Shown here in pieces: positions 30,091-42,150 of a stretch of DNA of 57,391 nucleotides. Origin of the DNA: Candidatus Bathyarchaeota archaeon (lineage in GTDB: Archaea > Thermoproteota > Bathyarchaeia > Bathyarchaeales > DTEX01). A program made the translations under genes and the position numbers. The stretch lies in assembly GCA_963714275.1 (NCBI GenBank), contig CAVQNT010000010.1, positions 1-57,391 of the forward strand, given 5' to 3'. The notes under the pieces are model-generated. The model had not been told where the DNA came from. It saw only the letters and a list, made by a program, of their open reading frames with translations, and made no database searches. The stretch's first letter is position 1. Every line of letters begins with the position of its first letter.

Positions 30091-31218
30091 TTCCCATGGT
30101 ATTCCCTATTCCAGCAATTATGACTAGGTCTCCCTCTTTCGTGGTCTCACGCAATATCCTGCGAACACGAACGGAAACTTCGTCCACGCTGTCAGAAATC
30201 TCCTTTCTCATGGCGGATACGACGTCTCCTACGCCTTCTTTTATCAGAATAACATTCAGGGGAACCTTGTATTTGGCTGCAACCTCTTCAACCTTGAACT
30301 TGTCAACTTCTGGTCCGCCTATCGCAACTCCTGTTCCTTCCATGACTTCACCGGGTTTCTCGCCTTCAAGCTTCTGAGCTGCGTCAATGATTATTACACG
30401 GGCTATTTTCCCCTCTTTTTCCTCAAGAATCTGTTTTATTGCCTCGCCGGGTTTGCCGACATTACCTCCTGGTCCTTTAGCCTTCAAAACGTAGGCTGTT
30501 CGTCCCTCGATTTGGACTTCGCTCATCACGATGTCTCTGGCAATCTCATGGCTTTCGTTTCCGTTCATCAGTTTGGCTGCTGCTAGGGCACCGATTCCGT
30601 CACCTATTGGTTGTCCAGCCTTGAAAGCGGTTAAGGCGTTTGCGTAGGCTTCTGACTCCTTCATTATATCAGGCAAAATCATTTGGAGCTGCATTATTAT
30701 GTAGAAGCTGGATGTTTTTTTGCCAGACAAGTAAAAGTGCTTGACAATCTTGTAGATTTGATTGAGTACAAGCGCCGCATCAATCATGTTAGTCAAATTG
30801 TTTACTTGTGTTTCGTCAGCTTGCGGAACCATCAGCTTCACTTCGTCCTTAAACCTAAAGTCCCGAATATCAACAATGTGTTCCAACCTTCTGATTATGC
30901 CAGAAGGATCCAACTCGACCGGCGGTATATACAAGTGCTCGAGAAGGCGGTCAACTCTTGCCTCCAAATCACCGTCTGTTTTGCCTACCTCTTTGATTGT
31001 GGAAATCGTTAAAGCCCGTCCCTTGTCCTTGATGAGCTGCACTTGTAAAGCGAGCTCTCGATTTCTTTAAGCATAATTTTTATCTGAAGGCGCTGTCCGT
31101 AAAACATGTAAAATACGAAGAATCCTAGCCAACCAATCTGAAGAATTAGGCCTATGACATCGTTTCCTGGAGATAGGCTTGTCCCAGCGGTTGAAAGGGC
31201 TTCAGCTTTCATCGACAT
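30080..31218 (-). CDS. DUF1512 family protein (frameshift ~31045)
   Basis: PIGDGIG, KAKGPGGNVGKPG, GIGNTMGIAQ. Confidence 0.85.
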
Positions 31219-31407
31219 AACACCGTTGATAAAGAAGGTAAAAACACTTTATTAATAAATGTTGAGGAAAAAACAGCAATAAAATTTTACACAAAAAACC
31301 TTTTTTATTATTCTTTGCTTCAGTCCGGAAAGAATTCGTTTAATTACACAAGCTTTTTGGACAAGGTTTTAATAATCTCCGCCGTTCATATGATTTGAAG
31401 GGAAAAA

Positions 31408-31695
31408 ATGCGAGTAAAAATCGTTTATCTTGGCTTGATTAGGAGTAGAGTTGGAAAAAACGAAGAGCAATACGATGTTGCGGATGGTTCTTCACTAGGT
31501 GACCTTTTAAAAATATTAGTAAAAAATTATGGAGAAAAACTTCATTCTCTTTTAGAAGTAAGGAACGAAAGCCGTTTAGACCCAACTTTCATAACGACGG
31601 TTAACGGAATTCTTAAAGACCCACTCAGGGGAAGCAGTGTTACGCTTAAGGACGGAGACATCGTAACGTTCATGACATTGATAAGCGGTGGTTAG
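31408..31695 (+). CDS. MoaD/ThiS ubiquitin-like protein
   Basis: VNG...LKDGDIV...ISGG C-terminus. Confidence 0.9.
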   Translation: MRVKIVYLGLIRSRVGKNEEQYDVADGSSLGDLLKILVKNYGEKLHSLLEVRNESRLDPTFITTVNGILKDPLRGSSVTLKDGDIVTFMTLISGG

Positions 31696-31709
31696 ATGTC
31701 CTAATTCAA

Positions 31710-32817
31710 TTAGCTGTGTGGTAGATTGTTCCGTTCAATATCTTCTTCGATTGTTCTGTTCAGTGTGACTTCAGAAATGTCTATGGTGTATTCCATGATA
31801 CGCCTCGTATTGTCCAGAATTAGACTGAAAATTGACGAGACGTTCGGGTCCAGCTTCTTGCTGAATATTATGGTTGTAAGGTCGCTTTCTCTGATTGACA
31901 AGGATTCGATCTGGGAAATTATGTTGTCGGCATGTTCGTAGTCTCTTTTGAACATGGCACTTAAAGATTCCTCGAACAATTTGTGTGCAAGAGAGTTTAA
32001 CTCCAAAATCTGGGAATACGTCTCTTCGTCGACGTTTTCTTTCAAGAAAAGCGTTTGGTCTTTAATCAATTTTTTGAAATTATTGATATTGCGGGATATG
32101 ATCATCGCGTTGTCAGCGATGCTCTTAATATCATTCACTACAATTCGGTATCCCAGAAACTCTTTTGGGCTTCTAAATCCCAGTTCCTTAAACCAGTTTT
32201 CTTCTACACCGAATTTCAGCTGCCGAATCACGTAAAGGTTGAGTCTGGACACGTCATTTTTGGACTCGGAAACTTCAGAGAATGTGTCTTCATTTTTTTT
32301 GCCTAACGACAACAAAGTCTATTTCATTGGCTGAAAGCGCCATGATTGCCATTCTTCTTATGGCTTTTTCAACTGGAAATTCAGGATGATTAATGAGGAT
32401 TTGGATAGTCATATCGTTGCTTGACTCGTCTATAATTTCTGCTCCTAGAAGAGTCTTTTTTACGAGATTGTTTATTGCGGCTTTGTGTTCAGCGACGTGG
32501 AGGTTGTTTTTGAAACGAACATGGATGAGGTCTGCGTTTATGACGTACAACGATATTATCTTTCGGCAGATCGATCTCGGGTCGTCTTTCTCATGCACAT
32601 AAACCCAATAATCCTTAAGTTCAGGCTTGGGTTCCGAAATTTTTTCTTCCAGCATTTTGCTTGGAGTCAAGATTAACGATGAATCGTCGCGGAGTTTGAA
32701 GGCAACTTCGCTTCCTTTTTCCACTCCAATCTCATTTACCCATTCTTTCGGCAGCGAAATTATGTATGACCCTCTTCCTGTGCTTTGGACTCTTCTATAT
32801 CCGAGGTCTTTCTCCAT
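31710..32817 (-). CDS. AbrB-PhoU type phosphate uptake regulator (frameshift ~32315)
   Basis: RRVQSTGRGSYIISLPKEWV N-terminal domain; PhoU helical repeats. Confidence 0.85.
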
Positions 32818-32951
32818 ATACCATCACGTAACAGGCAAATGTTTCATATAGATCACATATTTCCTAATCTTACATATAAATGATTTTCGTCAGAGTTATA
32901 TAAACTATTAGCTCAAAACCTAAACAATAACTCACAACGGATGCGGATGTT

Positions 32952-33323
32952 ATGACAGTAAGATCATGTAGGGACTGCGCTAATTATGAGGAAAGAAGAG
33001 ACATAGATGGAACTTCTCTTTGTGCCAAAAAAATAGGTCCTTACGTTTGTTGCGAAGAGTTCAAACTCAAAGACGATACATTAAACAGCCAAAAATTTTT
33101 CAACAAGTTCTGCGTCGAATGCACGAATTTTGATTATTTAGCTAAAGTCGCCTTATGTTCAAAGAAACATTCGCCGGGAACTGGTTGCGACTCGTTCAGA
33201 AGCAGAATAGTTAAACTAGATGCGACCCGACAGAACAACCGATTTAAAACAGCGATTCTAGCGCATGTTGCCAAGGAAAACTCCGATTGTGAAGCGTTGC
33301 CAGACTTACGTGACAGTAATTAA
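32952..33323 (+). CDS. Cys-rich hypothetical protein
   Basis: Two CxxC...C...C..F repeats. Confidence 0.7.
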   Translation: MTVRSCRDCANYEERRDIDGTSLCAKKIGPYVCCEEFKLKDDTLNSQKFFNKFCVECTNFDYLAKVALCSKKHSPGTGCDSFRSRIVKLDATRQNNRFKTAILAHVAKENSDCEALPDLRDSN

Positions 33324-33455
33324 ACGAAAGATCAAGTGGTGAAAAGGAAAAAACAGCTTTATTCTGGCGTGATCGTGCTCCTTTCATTGTATACGAAGTT
33401 GGATGGGATCTCGGGGTCAGTCAGGCTTTATCTGTAAAATTGGACGTGATGTAGG

Positions 33456-33908
33456 ATGAGAAGAATTCTTGTCTTCGAAGAGTACTGCATGGGATGTGGT
33501 CTATGCGAAGTCTACTGTAAAGTCCAGCATTCGCGGTCAAAAGACATCGTTAAAGCTTACAATAAGGAACAGCCTAAACCGCTCAGCCGTACAAAATTGG
33601 TTAAAGCTAAGCCAGTTTCGTTCGCTGTTCAGTGCCGACATTGCGAGAATCCTCCCTGCGTCACGGCGTGCCTGTCAGGAGCCATGCATCAAGATGAAGA
33701 AAGCGGACTTGTGGTCCACGATCAAGTCAAATGCATCGGCTGCTGGACCTGCATCATGGTTTGCCCGTATGGCGCCATTTCTATGGATGTTTCTAGTAGT
33801 GGCGTTGTTGCCAAGTGCGATTTGTGTCAGACGCTGGATATTCCAGCATGCGTTGCCAATTGTCCGAACGAAGCCCTGGTTTTCGAGGAGGTTGTTCCTG
33901 AACAATGA
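33456..33908 (+). CDS. 4Fe-4S dicluster protein
   Basis: Multiple CxxCxxCxxxC motifs. Confidence 0.9.
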   Translation: MRRILVFEEYCMGCGLCEVYCKVQHSRSKDIVKAYNKEQPKPLSRTKLVKAKPVSFAVQCRHCENPPCVTACLSGAMHQDEESGLVVHDQVKCIGCWTCIMVCPYGAISMDVSSSGVVAKCDLCQTLDIPACVANCPNEALVFEEVVPEQ

Positions 33909-35200
33909 GATACGTAATCGTCGGTGGCTCAGCGGGAGGCATAGGCGCATGCGAATCAATCAGAGAAGTGGACCCTGTTAATGAACTTGTTTTGATTTCT
34001 GATGAGCCTTTCCCTCAGTATTCGCGTCCTATGATTTCGGACTTCTTAGCAGGAAAAGCCACTTTTGACAAAATGATGTACCGTGACGATAACTTCTGGC
34101 AAAAAAATCGTGTTGATTTGAAAGCAGGACGGAAGGTGGTTCATCTTAACTTAAACGAAAGGCTCGTGGAGCTTGACGATGAAGAAAAAATCGGTTTCGA
34201 AAAGCTCTTGATAGCCACTGGCGGCAAACCTATTGTTCCAAAGACCGATGGGATAGATAAAAAGGGGGTCTTCACGTTCACAACGATTTCTGACGCTGAA
34301 CGTCTCGTAGCAACCGTAAAAAAGAACCAAAAAGCAGTTGTCATTGGCGGCGGGTTAATCGGAATAAGCGTTGCTGACGCTTTGGTTAAACAAGGAGTTA
34401 CAGTCACAATCATCGAACTTAAGGACAGAATCCTTAATCTCATCCTAGACGAGGTAGCTTCGAGAATCATTGGAGACTTCATGGAAGATTCAGGAGTCGC
34501 TATAATTACAGGTAAAACAGTAAAAACCATAATCGGCAGGTTAGACGACGATACGGCTGTTGGAGGAGTTGTTCTAAGCAACGGCAAAGAGATACAGTGC
34601 GACATGGTGGTTTTCGCCATCGGCGTAATTCCGCGCACTGAACTGGTCGCAGGCACCGATGTGAAGACCAATCGAGGCATCATCGTGGACAGACACATGC
34701 ATACGAACATCCCGGATGTTTACGCTTGTGGGGATGTCGCTGAAGTTTTCGACTTTGTCTTCGGAGAAAACCGAGTATTGCCGCTTTGGCCTACTGCACA
34801 CCTCGGTGGTAGAGTGGCAGGATACAACATGGCGGGAAAGAAGGCTGAGTTTCCTGGTGGGACAGCCATGAGTGCCCTGAAGTATTTCGGTGCTTCCGTC
34901 ATTTCGGTTGGACTGGTTAATCCAGTGAATGGCGACGAATATGATGTGATGATTCAGCATGACTCTGCAAGAAACATCTACCGGAAGGTTGTCTTCAGAA
35001 ATGAAGTTATCATGGGTTTCACGCTAGTAAATGACATTGAAAGAGCTGGAATACTATTCTACCTGATGCACAGCCGATTAGATGCTAAAAATTTTGGTAG
35101 CCAGCTCGTTTCTGACGATTTCAGTCTTGCATCTTTGCCTTCTGATATTAGAAGAAAATTGTTTTTGGAGGGAACAAAATGGACAGCATCACTAGTTTAA
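33905..35200 (+). CDS. NAD(P)/FAD-dependent oxidoreductase
   Basis: LLIATGG, VIGGGLIG, YACGD. Confidence 0.9.
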   Translation: MRYVIVGGSAGGIGACESIREVDPVNELVLISDEPFPQYSRPMISDFLAGKATFDKMMYRDDNFWQKNRVDLKAGRKVVHLNLNERLVELDDEEKIGFEKLLIATGGKPIVPKTDGIDKKGVFTFTTISDAERLVATVKKNQKAVVIGGGLIGISVADALVKQGVTVTIIELKDRILNLILDEVASRIIGDFMEDSGVAIITGKTVKTIIGRLDDDTAVGGVVLSNGKEIQCDMVVFAIGVIPRTELVAGTDVKTNRGIIVDRHMHTNIPDVYACGDVAEVFDFVFGENRVLPLWPTAHLGGRVAGYNMAGKKAEFPGGTAMSALKYFGASVISVGLVNPVNGDEYDVMIQHDSARNIYRKVVFRNEVIMGFTLVNDIERAGILFYLMHSRLDAKNFGSQLVSDDFSLASLPSDIRRKLFLEGTKWTASLV

Positions 35201-36300
35201 ACTGCAGATTCGGCGACGACAAGGACTTCGCGGGCTGCTCAATATTCGGCATGATGAACCTGCAGGGAAAACGGTTCTCTTCAAAAGACCCAGTCAGAGG
35301 CATATCGAACATGCATGAAAGGGGAAACGGTCTCGGTGGAGGATTCGCCGTCTACGGCATTTATCCTGAGCACTTGGATGATTACGCCCTTCACATAATG
35401 TATCTAAGCGGAGAAGCAAAGAAGAAAACCGACAAACTACTCAAAGAATCTTTCGAGGTCATTCAGGACGAAGAACTACCCACAAAAGAGGCGAATGTCT
35501 GTGACCCTCCGCAAGTATGGCGGTACTTTGTGCAACCCAATGCCAAAAAATTGTCAACCAAAACTGCGGATGACTACGTGCTGGAACAGGTTATGCGAAT
35601 CAACACGGAGACAGGTAAAGCCTTTGTTTTTTCAAGCGGTAGAAACATGGGCGTATTTAAAGGCGTCGGGTTTCCGGAAGACGTTGCTGAGTTCTTCTGT
35701 CTTGAAGAGTACGAAGGATATATGTGGGTTTGTCATGGGCGGTTTCCAACGAACACGCCGGGCTGGTGGGGAGGAGCGCATCCCTTCAATATTCTTGACT
35801 GGACGGTAGTCCATAACGGGGAACTTTCGTCTTACGGGATAAATCGCCGTTATCTGGAAATGTTTGGTTACAAGTGCACGATGCAGACGGACACTGAAGT
35901 TCTAGCCTATGCCTTTGACCTTCTTATGCGTCGGCAAAAATTGCCAATTAACATAGTTGCCCAGATTGTGGCTGCTCCGCTTTGGGATGAAATCGACAGT
36001 TTAGAACCTGAGAAAGCCCGCGTTCTGAAGGCTCTTCGGCAAACATACGGCAGCTTGTTAATGAATGGTCCCTTCAGCGTTGTCGTTGCGAATCACGGAG
36101 AAATGATTGGGTTAACTGACCGCATCAAGCTTCGTCCACTAAGCGCGGGAACACGAGACGATTTACTTTACCTTTCGTCAGAGGAATCCGCCATTCGGCT
36201 CGTTTCTCCGACACTTGACAGGTCGTGGAATCCTCGGGGTGGAGAGCCCGTTGTTGGCAGGCTGAAAGCAATTAAAGTCTTGGAGGTTCTGTCAAAATGA
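35179..36300 (+). CDS. Class II glutamine amidotransferase (glutamate synthase domain 1)
   Basis: GCSIFG, ERGNGLGGG, HGRFPTNT, HNGE, TDTEV. Confidence 0.9.
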   Translation: MDSITSLNCRFGDDKDFAGCSIFGMMNLQGKRFSSKDPVRGISNMHERGNGLGGGFAVYGIYPEHLDDYALHIMYLSGEAKKKTDKLLKESFEVIQDEELPTKEANVCDPPQVWRYFVQPNAKKLSTKTADDYVLEQVMRINTETGKAFVFSSGRNMGVFKGVGFPEDVAEFFCLEEYEGYMWVCHGRFPTNTPGWWGGAHPFNILDWTVVHNGELSSYGINRRYLEMFGYKCTMQTDTEVLAYAFDLLMRRQKLPINIVAQIVAAPLWDEIDSLEPEKARVLKALRQTYGSLLMNGPFSVVVANHGEMIGLTDRIKLRPLSAGTRDDLLYLSSEESAIRLVSPTLDRSWNPRGGEPVVGRLKAIKVLEVLSK

Positions 36301-37808
36301 GGAGCTACCTTACTCCCGAATACATGGTGCACAGAGACCAAGAACGATGTATAAGATGCAAGGTCTGCGTCAACCAGTGTACGTATGAGACTCACTATTA
36401 CGACGCTGAAGACGACAAAATTTACAGCAAAGACATGAGCTGCACAAACTGCCAACGCTGCGTCGTCTTCTGCCCCACAAACGCCATAACCATAACAAAA
36501 AACCTAAACGCCTACAAGGAGAACGACAACTGGACACAAGAAGCCGTAATAGCTGTGAAGAAGCAGGCTGAAACTGGGGGCGTAATTCTTACAGGAATGG
36601 GCTGCGACAAGCCAAATTTCACGTTCTGGGACCGACTTGTCTTGAATGCCAGCCAAGTTACGAATCCTTCGATTGATCCGCTCAGAGAACCCATGGAGAC
36701 CAGAACTTATCTGGGTTCAAAGCCTGACCATCTTGAGCTGGAAAACAGAGAAGGAGACGTTGTGCTTATGACGGAGCTCGCCCCTCAGCTCTGTCTCGAA
36801 ACGCCCATCATGTTTTCAGCCATCTCGTACGGCGCGACAAGCCTTAACGTTCACGAGTCTTTAGCCCGAGCGGCAACCGAATTTGGCACCTATTTCAACA
36901 CTGGCGAGGGAGGACTGGACCCGAGACTATACAAGTACGGAAACCACACAATCGTTCAGGTTGCTTCTGGACGTTTCGGCGTGGATCCAAAATACCTCGA
37001 CGTGGGAGCAGCCATCGAAATCAAGATCGGTCAAGGGGCAAAGCCTGGCATAGGAGGACATCTGCCGGGAGAGAAAGTGACTGAGGACATTTCTAGGACG
37101 CGAATGATTCCCGTGGGCACGGATGCGCTTTCACCTGCACCTCAACATGACATCTACTCGATCGAGGACCTACGGCAGCTCATCTATGCGTTAAAGGAGG
37201 CAACGAACTATTCGAAGCCTATTTCGGTAAAGATCGCTGCGGTTCACAATTCAGCTGCGATTGCAAGCGGGATGGTTCGGGCTGGAGCAGACATCATTGC
37301 GTTGGATGGCGTGAGAGGTTCGACGGGCGCTGCGCCTAGGGTAATCCGCGATAACGTGGGGATACCTATTGAGATAGCTATTGCATCTGTTGATCAGCGG
37401 TTACGTGACGAAGGCATACGGAACAAGGCTTCAATTGTGGCTGCTGGGGGCATAAGAAGCAGCGCCGACATTGTTAAGGCAATAGCGCTTGGTGCTGACG
37501 CAGTTTACATTGCAACTTCGGCTCTTGTGGCTATGGGTTGCACGGTTTGCCAGAAATGTTACACTGGCAAGTGCCCGTGGGGAATTACGACGACTGACCC
37601 GTGGATAGCCAAGAGGATCAACCCGAATATTGCTTCCAGACGACTCGTTAACCTGCTTCAAGCGTGGAGTCTGGAGATAAAGGAAATGATGGGCGGCATG
37701 GGCATTAACGCCATTGAAAGCCTTCGCGGAAACCGCCTTCACCTACGAGCTGTTGGACTAACTGAAACGGAATGTAGAATTCTCGGAGTCAAGATGGCTG
37801 GAGATTAG
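36297..37808 (+). CDS. Glutamate synthase FMN-binding subunit with N-terminal ferredoxin
   Basis: NTGEGG, QVASGRFGV, IKIGQGAKPGIGGHLPG, SPAPQHDIYSIEDL. Confidence 0.93.
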   Translation: MRSYLTPEYMVHRDQERCIRCKVCVNQCTYETHYYDAEDDKIYSKDMSCTNCQRCVVFCPTNAITITKNLNAYKENDNWTQEAVIAVKKQAETGGVILTGMGCDKPNFTFWDRLVLNASQVTNPSIDPLREPMETRTYLGSKPDHLELENREGDVVLMTELAPQLCLETPIMFSAISYGATSLNVHESLARAATEFGTYFNTGEGGLDPRLYKYGNHTIVQVASGRFGVDPKYLDVGAAIEIKIGQGAKPGIGGHLPGEKVTEDISRTRMIPVGTDALSPAPQHDIYSIEDLRQLIYALKEATNYSKPISVKIAAVHNSAAIASGMVRAGADIIALDGVRGSTGAAPRVIRDNVGIPIEIAIASVDQRLRDEGIRNKASIVAAGGIRSSADIVKAIALGADAVYIATSALVAMGCTVCQKCYTGKCPWGITTTDPWIAKRINPNIASRRLVNLLQAWSLEIKEMMGGMGINAIESLRGNRLHLRAVGLTETECRILGVKMAGD

Positions 37809-38625
37809 GTGTTGATTTACATGGATAATGCGGAAGAATTGGTTGCTGAGATCGGTAGGAAGTTTCTGTCACGAGTGAAGGCGAACGAAAGTACTTACTT
37901 TGTTGATGCTGCTGATTTGCATTATCGGGACCTTAACACTTTGCTTAGAGCCTTAAGCAACAATGGTGCAGAAAAAATTGAGATCCAGAACGTTTATGGG
38001 CAAAGGTATATTGGGACAAATTTGGACAAGAAAATTGGCATCGATATTAATGGTACACCGGGAAACGATCTTGGAGCATTCATGAACGGTCCCACGATGG
38101 TTGTCTACGGGAACGCTCAGGATTGCTGCGGGAACACCATGAATGATGGACGCATAATTATCCATGGGCACGCTGGCGACGTTACGGGTTACTCGATGCG
38201 TGGAGGAAAACTTTTTGTCCGAGACGATGTTGGCTACCGAGTGGGCATCCACATGAAGGAATACCTAGACAAACGACCATGTCTCGTCGTAGGTGGAACA
38301 GCAGGGGATTTTTTGGGCGAATACATGGCAGGCGGAGTGATGCTCGTTCTAGGCTTAAACTTGGGTGAAAAGAAAAGGCATCAAGCGAGATTCGTCGGAA
38401 CAGGAATGCACGGCGGCGTCATCTATGTGCGTGGAGAAGTAGACCACTTAGGCAAAGAGGTTGAGGCTTCAAGTGTTGATGAAAAGGACATGCGTCTCAT
38501 CGGTGAATTGATGTCTGAATTCTGTAAGTATTTTGGTTGTGACTATGAAAGCATCATGAAAGATAGGCTTCACAAAGATTGCCCCAATTTCTTGTAGACC
38601 TTACGGTAATTTGTATGCATACTAG
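37809..38625 (+). CDS. Glutamate synthase GXGXG (domain 3) subunit (C-terminal frameshift)
   Basis: GTPGNDLGAFM, GEYMAGG; alternative frame ends RPYGNLYAY*. Confidence 0.88.
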
Positions 38626-38827
38626 AATGTTGAAGGTAGGTTCTTCTTTCAGCATAATGTTGTAGACTGAACAAATAAATTGAAAGATAATTGCCTAAAA
38701 GAACGTCTAAATGAATGTTTTTCATCTTGTTTATAGGTGGAAACCAAAAACCTTAAAAAATAGTTCTGAAAATGAAGGAAGGGTTCATCACTAAATATTA
38801 GTCTAAGAACCTGAAAGTTGACGAAAT

Positions 38828-40437
38828 ATGCCTGAAAGAGTATTACGGAATTCATCATACCTTAATGGTAAATCGACGACTGGAACGACCACTCGCGTAA
38901 GAGACGTTAGCGGAATAAGCGGAATGTGCCCAATATGTGTTAGAGATTGTCCCGTCCTTTGCGAGATTAGTCTTTCAGCCTTTAGGGGAAGAGAAGCCCT
39001 TTACCCGGATCCTGTGCAGTATGGCTTCAGTACCGCAGACTGCGCTTAAAGACTTCGGTTTGGATTGGTCGCACTTCAACATTCAGTCTGGGCTTTTCGA
39101 GGTTCACGGCGTAGAAGCCGTCTCAGACAAGGCTTTCTTCGAGAACGTGAAAACAGACACCACGATAGGTGGCGTCCCATTAAAGCTTCCAATGTTCATA
39201 GGTGCATTCGGATCGACGGATGTGGCAAGGTTGAATTGGCCCGGTTTAGCAGCTGGAGCAGCCTTGTCTGGCATAGGCATCATCGTCGGAGAAAATGTGT
39301 GCGGAATGGATCCTGACTCAACAATTGTGAAGGGAAAGTTGTCTTATTCTAAGGAGCTTAAACGTAGGGTAGACGTCTTTCGGCAGTTCTGGGACGGGAA
39401 GTACGGCGATGTTATCGTACAAACTAACGTGGAAGATCAGCGCCTCGGTGTGGACGAGTATGCCCTTTCGAAGCTAGAGGTCAACATCATCGAACGTAAG
39501 TGGGGGCAAGGAGTCTAAAGCCATTGGCGGAGAAGTCCGAATTCGAGACTTGGCGAAGGCAATTTTGCTCAAGAAAAGGGGATACCTCGTTTTCCCAGAC
39601 CCAGAAGACCCGGTGGCGCAGGAAGCCTTCAAAGACGGAGTTTTCACTTCGTTTGAAAGGCATAGCCGAGTGGGCATACCTGAAGGGAAAGCCTTCGTTG
39701 AGGACATTGATTGGCTGAGGGACCGAGGTGCAAAACGCGTTTTTCTTAAAACAGGTGCTTATAGGCCGTCTGCAGTGGCTTACACGATGAAGTTGGCTTC
39801 CGAGGCGAAGATTGACGCCGTCACTTTCGACGGTGCTGGCGGGGGAACTGGAATGAGCCCTGTTCCGATGATGGACGAGATGAGCATTCCCACCGTTTAT
39901 CTTGAGGCTTTGGTTTTGAGGTGTGCCCAAATCCTAAAGAAGAAAGGTCGATACGTGCCCGACATCATAGTTGCGGGTGGGTTCATTAACGAGACCCAGA
40001 TTTACAAGGCTCTGGCAATGAGCAACTTCGGGGAAGGACCCTTCATTAAAGGCGTCCTCATGGCTAGGTCGCCATTGACGGCTGTCATGAAGAGCTCATA
40101 TTTCGTTGAACTCTCGCAGTCAGGAAAACTACCCAAATCTTTCAATGACAGCTACGGCAACGACCCGGAGAAATTCTTTATTGCAACACCTGAACTGAAA
40201 AGCAGACTTGGCGAACGGTTCAAAGAGGTTCCATGGGAAGCTGTCGGCTTGTATTCGTACTTGAACGAACGCGTAAAAGTGGGATTGATGCAGATGATGG
40301 CTGGTGCCCGCAAGTGGCGCCTAGACCTACTGGAACGGACCGACCTTATGGCGTTAACTGAGAGGGCAGCGAAAGTAACTGGGATTCCGTTAGCGGAAGA
40401 CGTCGACAACGAAGTTATCAAGAAAATACTTGAATAA
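38828..40437 (+). CDS. Second FMN-binding glutamate synthase family protein (two frameshifts)
   Basis: SGMCPIC, GENVCGMDP, QTNVED, KWGQG, KTGAY, DGAGGGTGMSP. Confidence 0.85.
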
Positions 40438-40506
40438 TAAGCTGAGAATAAAAGCAACCATTTTTTCGATTGTTGCTAAATAAACACGTTTGTCTTCACG
40501 AAAGAC

Positions 40507-41926
40507 CTAGTTACTAATATAAAATAATCTAAGGTCTTGAATGTTTGTGCCTGTGCTTCCAGTGAATATGGTGTCCTCAAGTCTAATCAGAGCTTCGTAG
40601 GTGTTGTGTTCGTAGAGGGCTTTGAAAACGTCGACGTTCAGTTCTTTGGCTCTCTTCATCGTGTAGCCGTCTGCCATTCCCCCCGCGACCTCGGTTGGTC
40701 CGTCTGTTCCATCAGAGTCCACGGAAGCAACCGTTATTCTTTTGCTTCCTTCTATCCTTGTGGCTGAGGCGAGAGCGAACTCTTGGTTACGCCCGCCCTT
40801 CGTCTTCAGATCAGCCTTCCCCATGGTCACTATGAGTTCTCCTCCAGAAATGAGGACGCACGGTGGCTTGAAAGGTCTATTGCGCATATCCACTTCCCGT
40901 GCGACGCTGGCTAAGGTTCTGGCAGCATCCTTCGCTTCTGCGCTTATGCGTTGAGCTGAATATAATAGGGTTTAAGCCAAGTTCGCTTGTCCTTTTCGCC
41001 GCAGCCTGCAGCATGTATTCGCCGTCTATAACGTTGAATGAGAGCGATTCTGTTTTGCTACGGTTCCTTGTTTTCGGAACCTCATATTTTGGGTCAGCGT
41101 CTTCGAAAAACTTTCTGACCGATGACGGAAGCTCGTCCCAAACATCGTACTTTTTTAAAATCCTGACGGCTTCTTTGAAGTTTGCGAGTTCATACGGCAA
41201 ATCCATGTATTCAGTTGTTTCTTCAGGCCACAGCTCCATCGTTGTCAAGTTTATTCTTTGGGCTTGAGAGATAAGCCTGCTAATTTGGTGTCCAGCAGCA
41301 GCTGAAAGGTGATGCCTGACCACGTTGAGTTCCCATATTGGGATTCCGCGGTCAAAATACAGAAGCAAGTAGACTTTACGCAAATCTTCTAGGCTGATGC
41401 TTGGCGGAGGCAAAGCCGTCAACGACGTGGCACCGCCTGAACTCAGATAAAAAACCAAATCGCCCTTCTTGACTTTCCTGGCGATTTCCAGAATTCTTTT
41501 TGCTCCTTCCGCGCATTTTTCGTCAGGTAACGGGTGCCCTCCGAAGCTGACCTCGATCTTTTTTAGTTGTTTTTCGTCGCCCTCTTTAGCGTTGATGTGT
41601 CCCTCCGTTATTCTGTCGCCCAAAACGTCTTCTACTGCCTTAGCCATTCTTTGGACTGCCTTGCCACCTCCGATGACGTAGATGTTCTTGATTTTGGAAA
41701 GGTCGAAAACCGCGAGCTTTTTTTCTGAAGCATCAAAATCCGTGTGACCAACAATGAGTTTTCCGCCTTCCATTCGTATCAGTCTACGTGTATTAGGGTA
41801 AGGATCTGCTGCTTTCAACCCGGCGTTCATGATTTCAAGTAAAATTTTCCGTCCGTCAATGTTACCATGAGATGTCAAGGTAGCAGCGTTTCTGATGATT
41901 CCCGTGTCTTCACCTGCTTCTTTCAT
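40507..41926 (-). CDS. Glycerate 2-kinase / MOFRL family (frameshift ~40945)
   Basis: GGGKA, GGHPLPD, SGGE, GGRNQE, DSDGTDGPT, TGTNIQD. Confidence 0.88.
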
Positions 41927-42150
41927 TTCCGACCATCCGCCACCTTATCGTCTAACAGATGGCTTTTTTATGCTATAAATTCTACATATTTAATTCTTAA
42001 GTAAGTGCAGTTGCCAAAGGCTTTAAAGCTCATCAAAGTCTTTACATGGCTATGCGTTTTCGACACAAGAGAATAGTAATGATCTATTTGGTTCATTTTG
42101 GTACTTTTTAGGTTCTGTTGAACAAATTGAGTCTATATTTTGCGAGCTGT

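Noticed and set aside
33324-33455. Riboswitch or NrpR operator ahead of the glutamate synthase cluster
   Set aside because: No glnA-motif consensus or GGAA-N6-TTCC site found by eye
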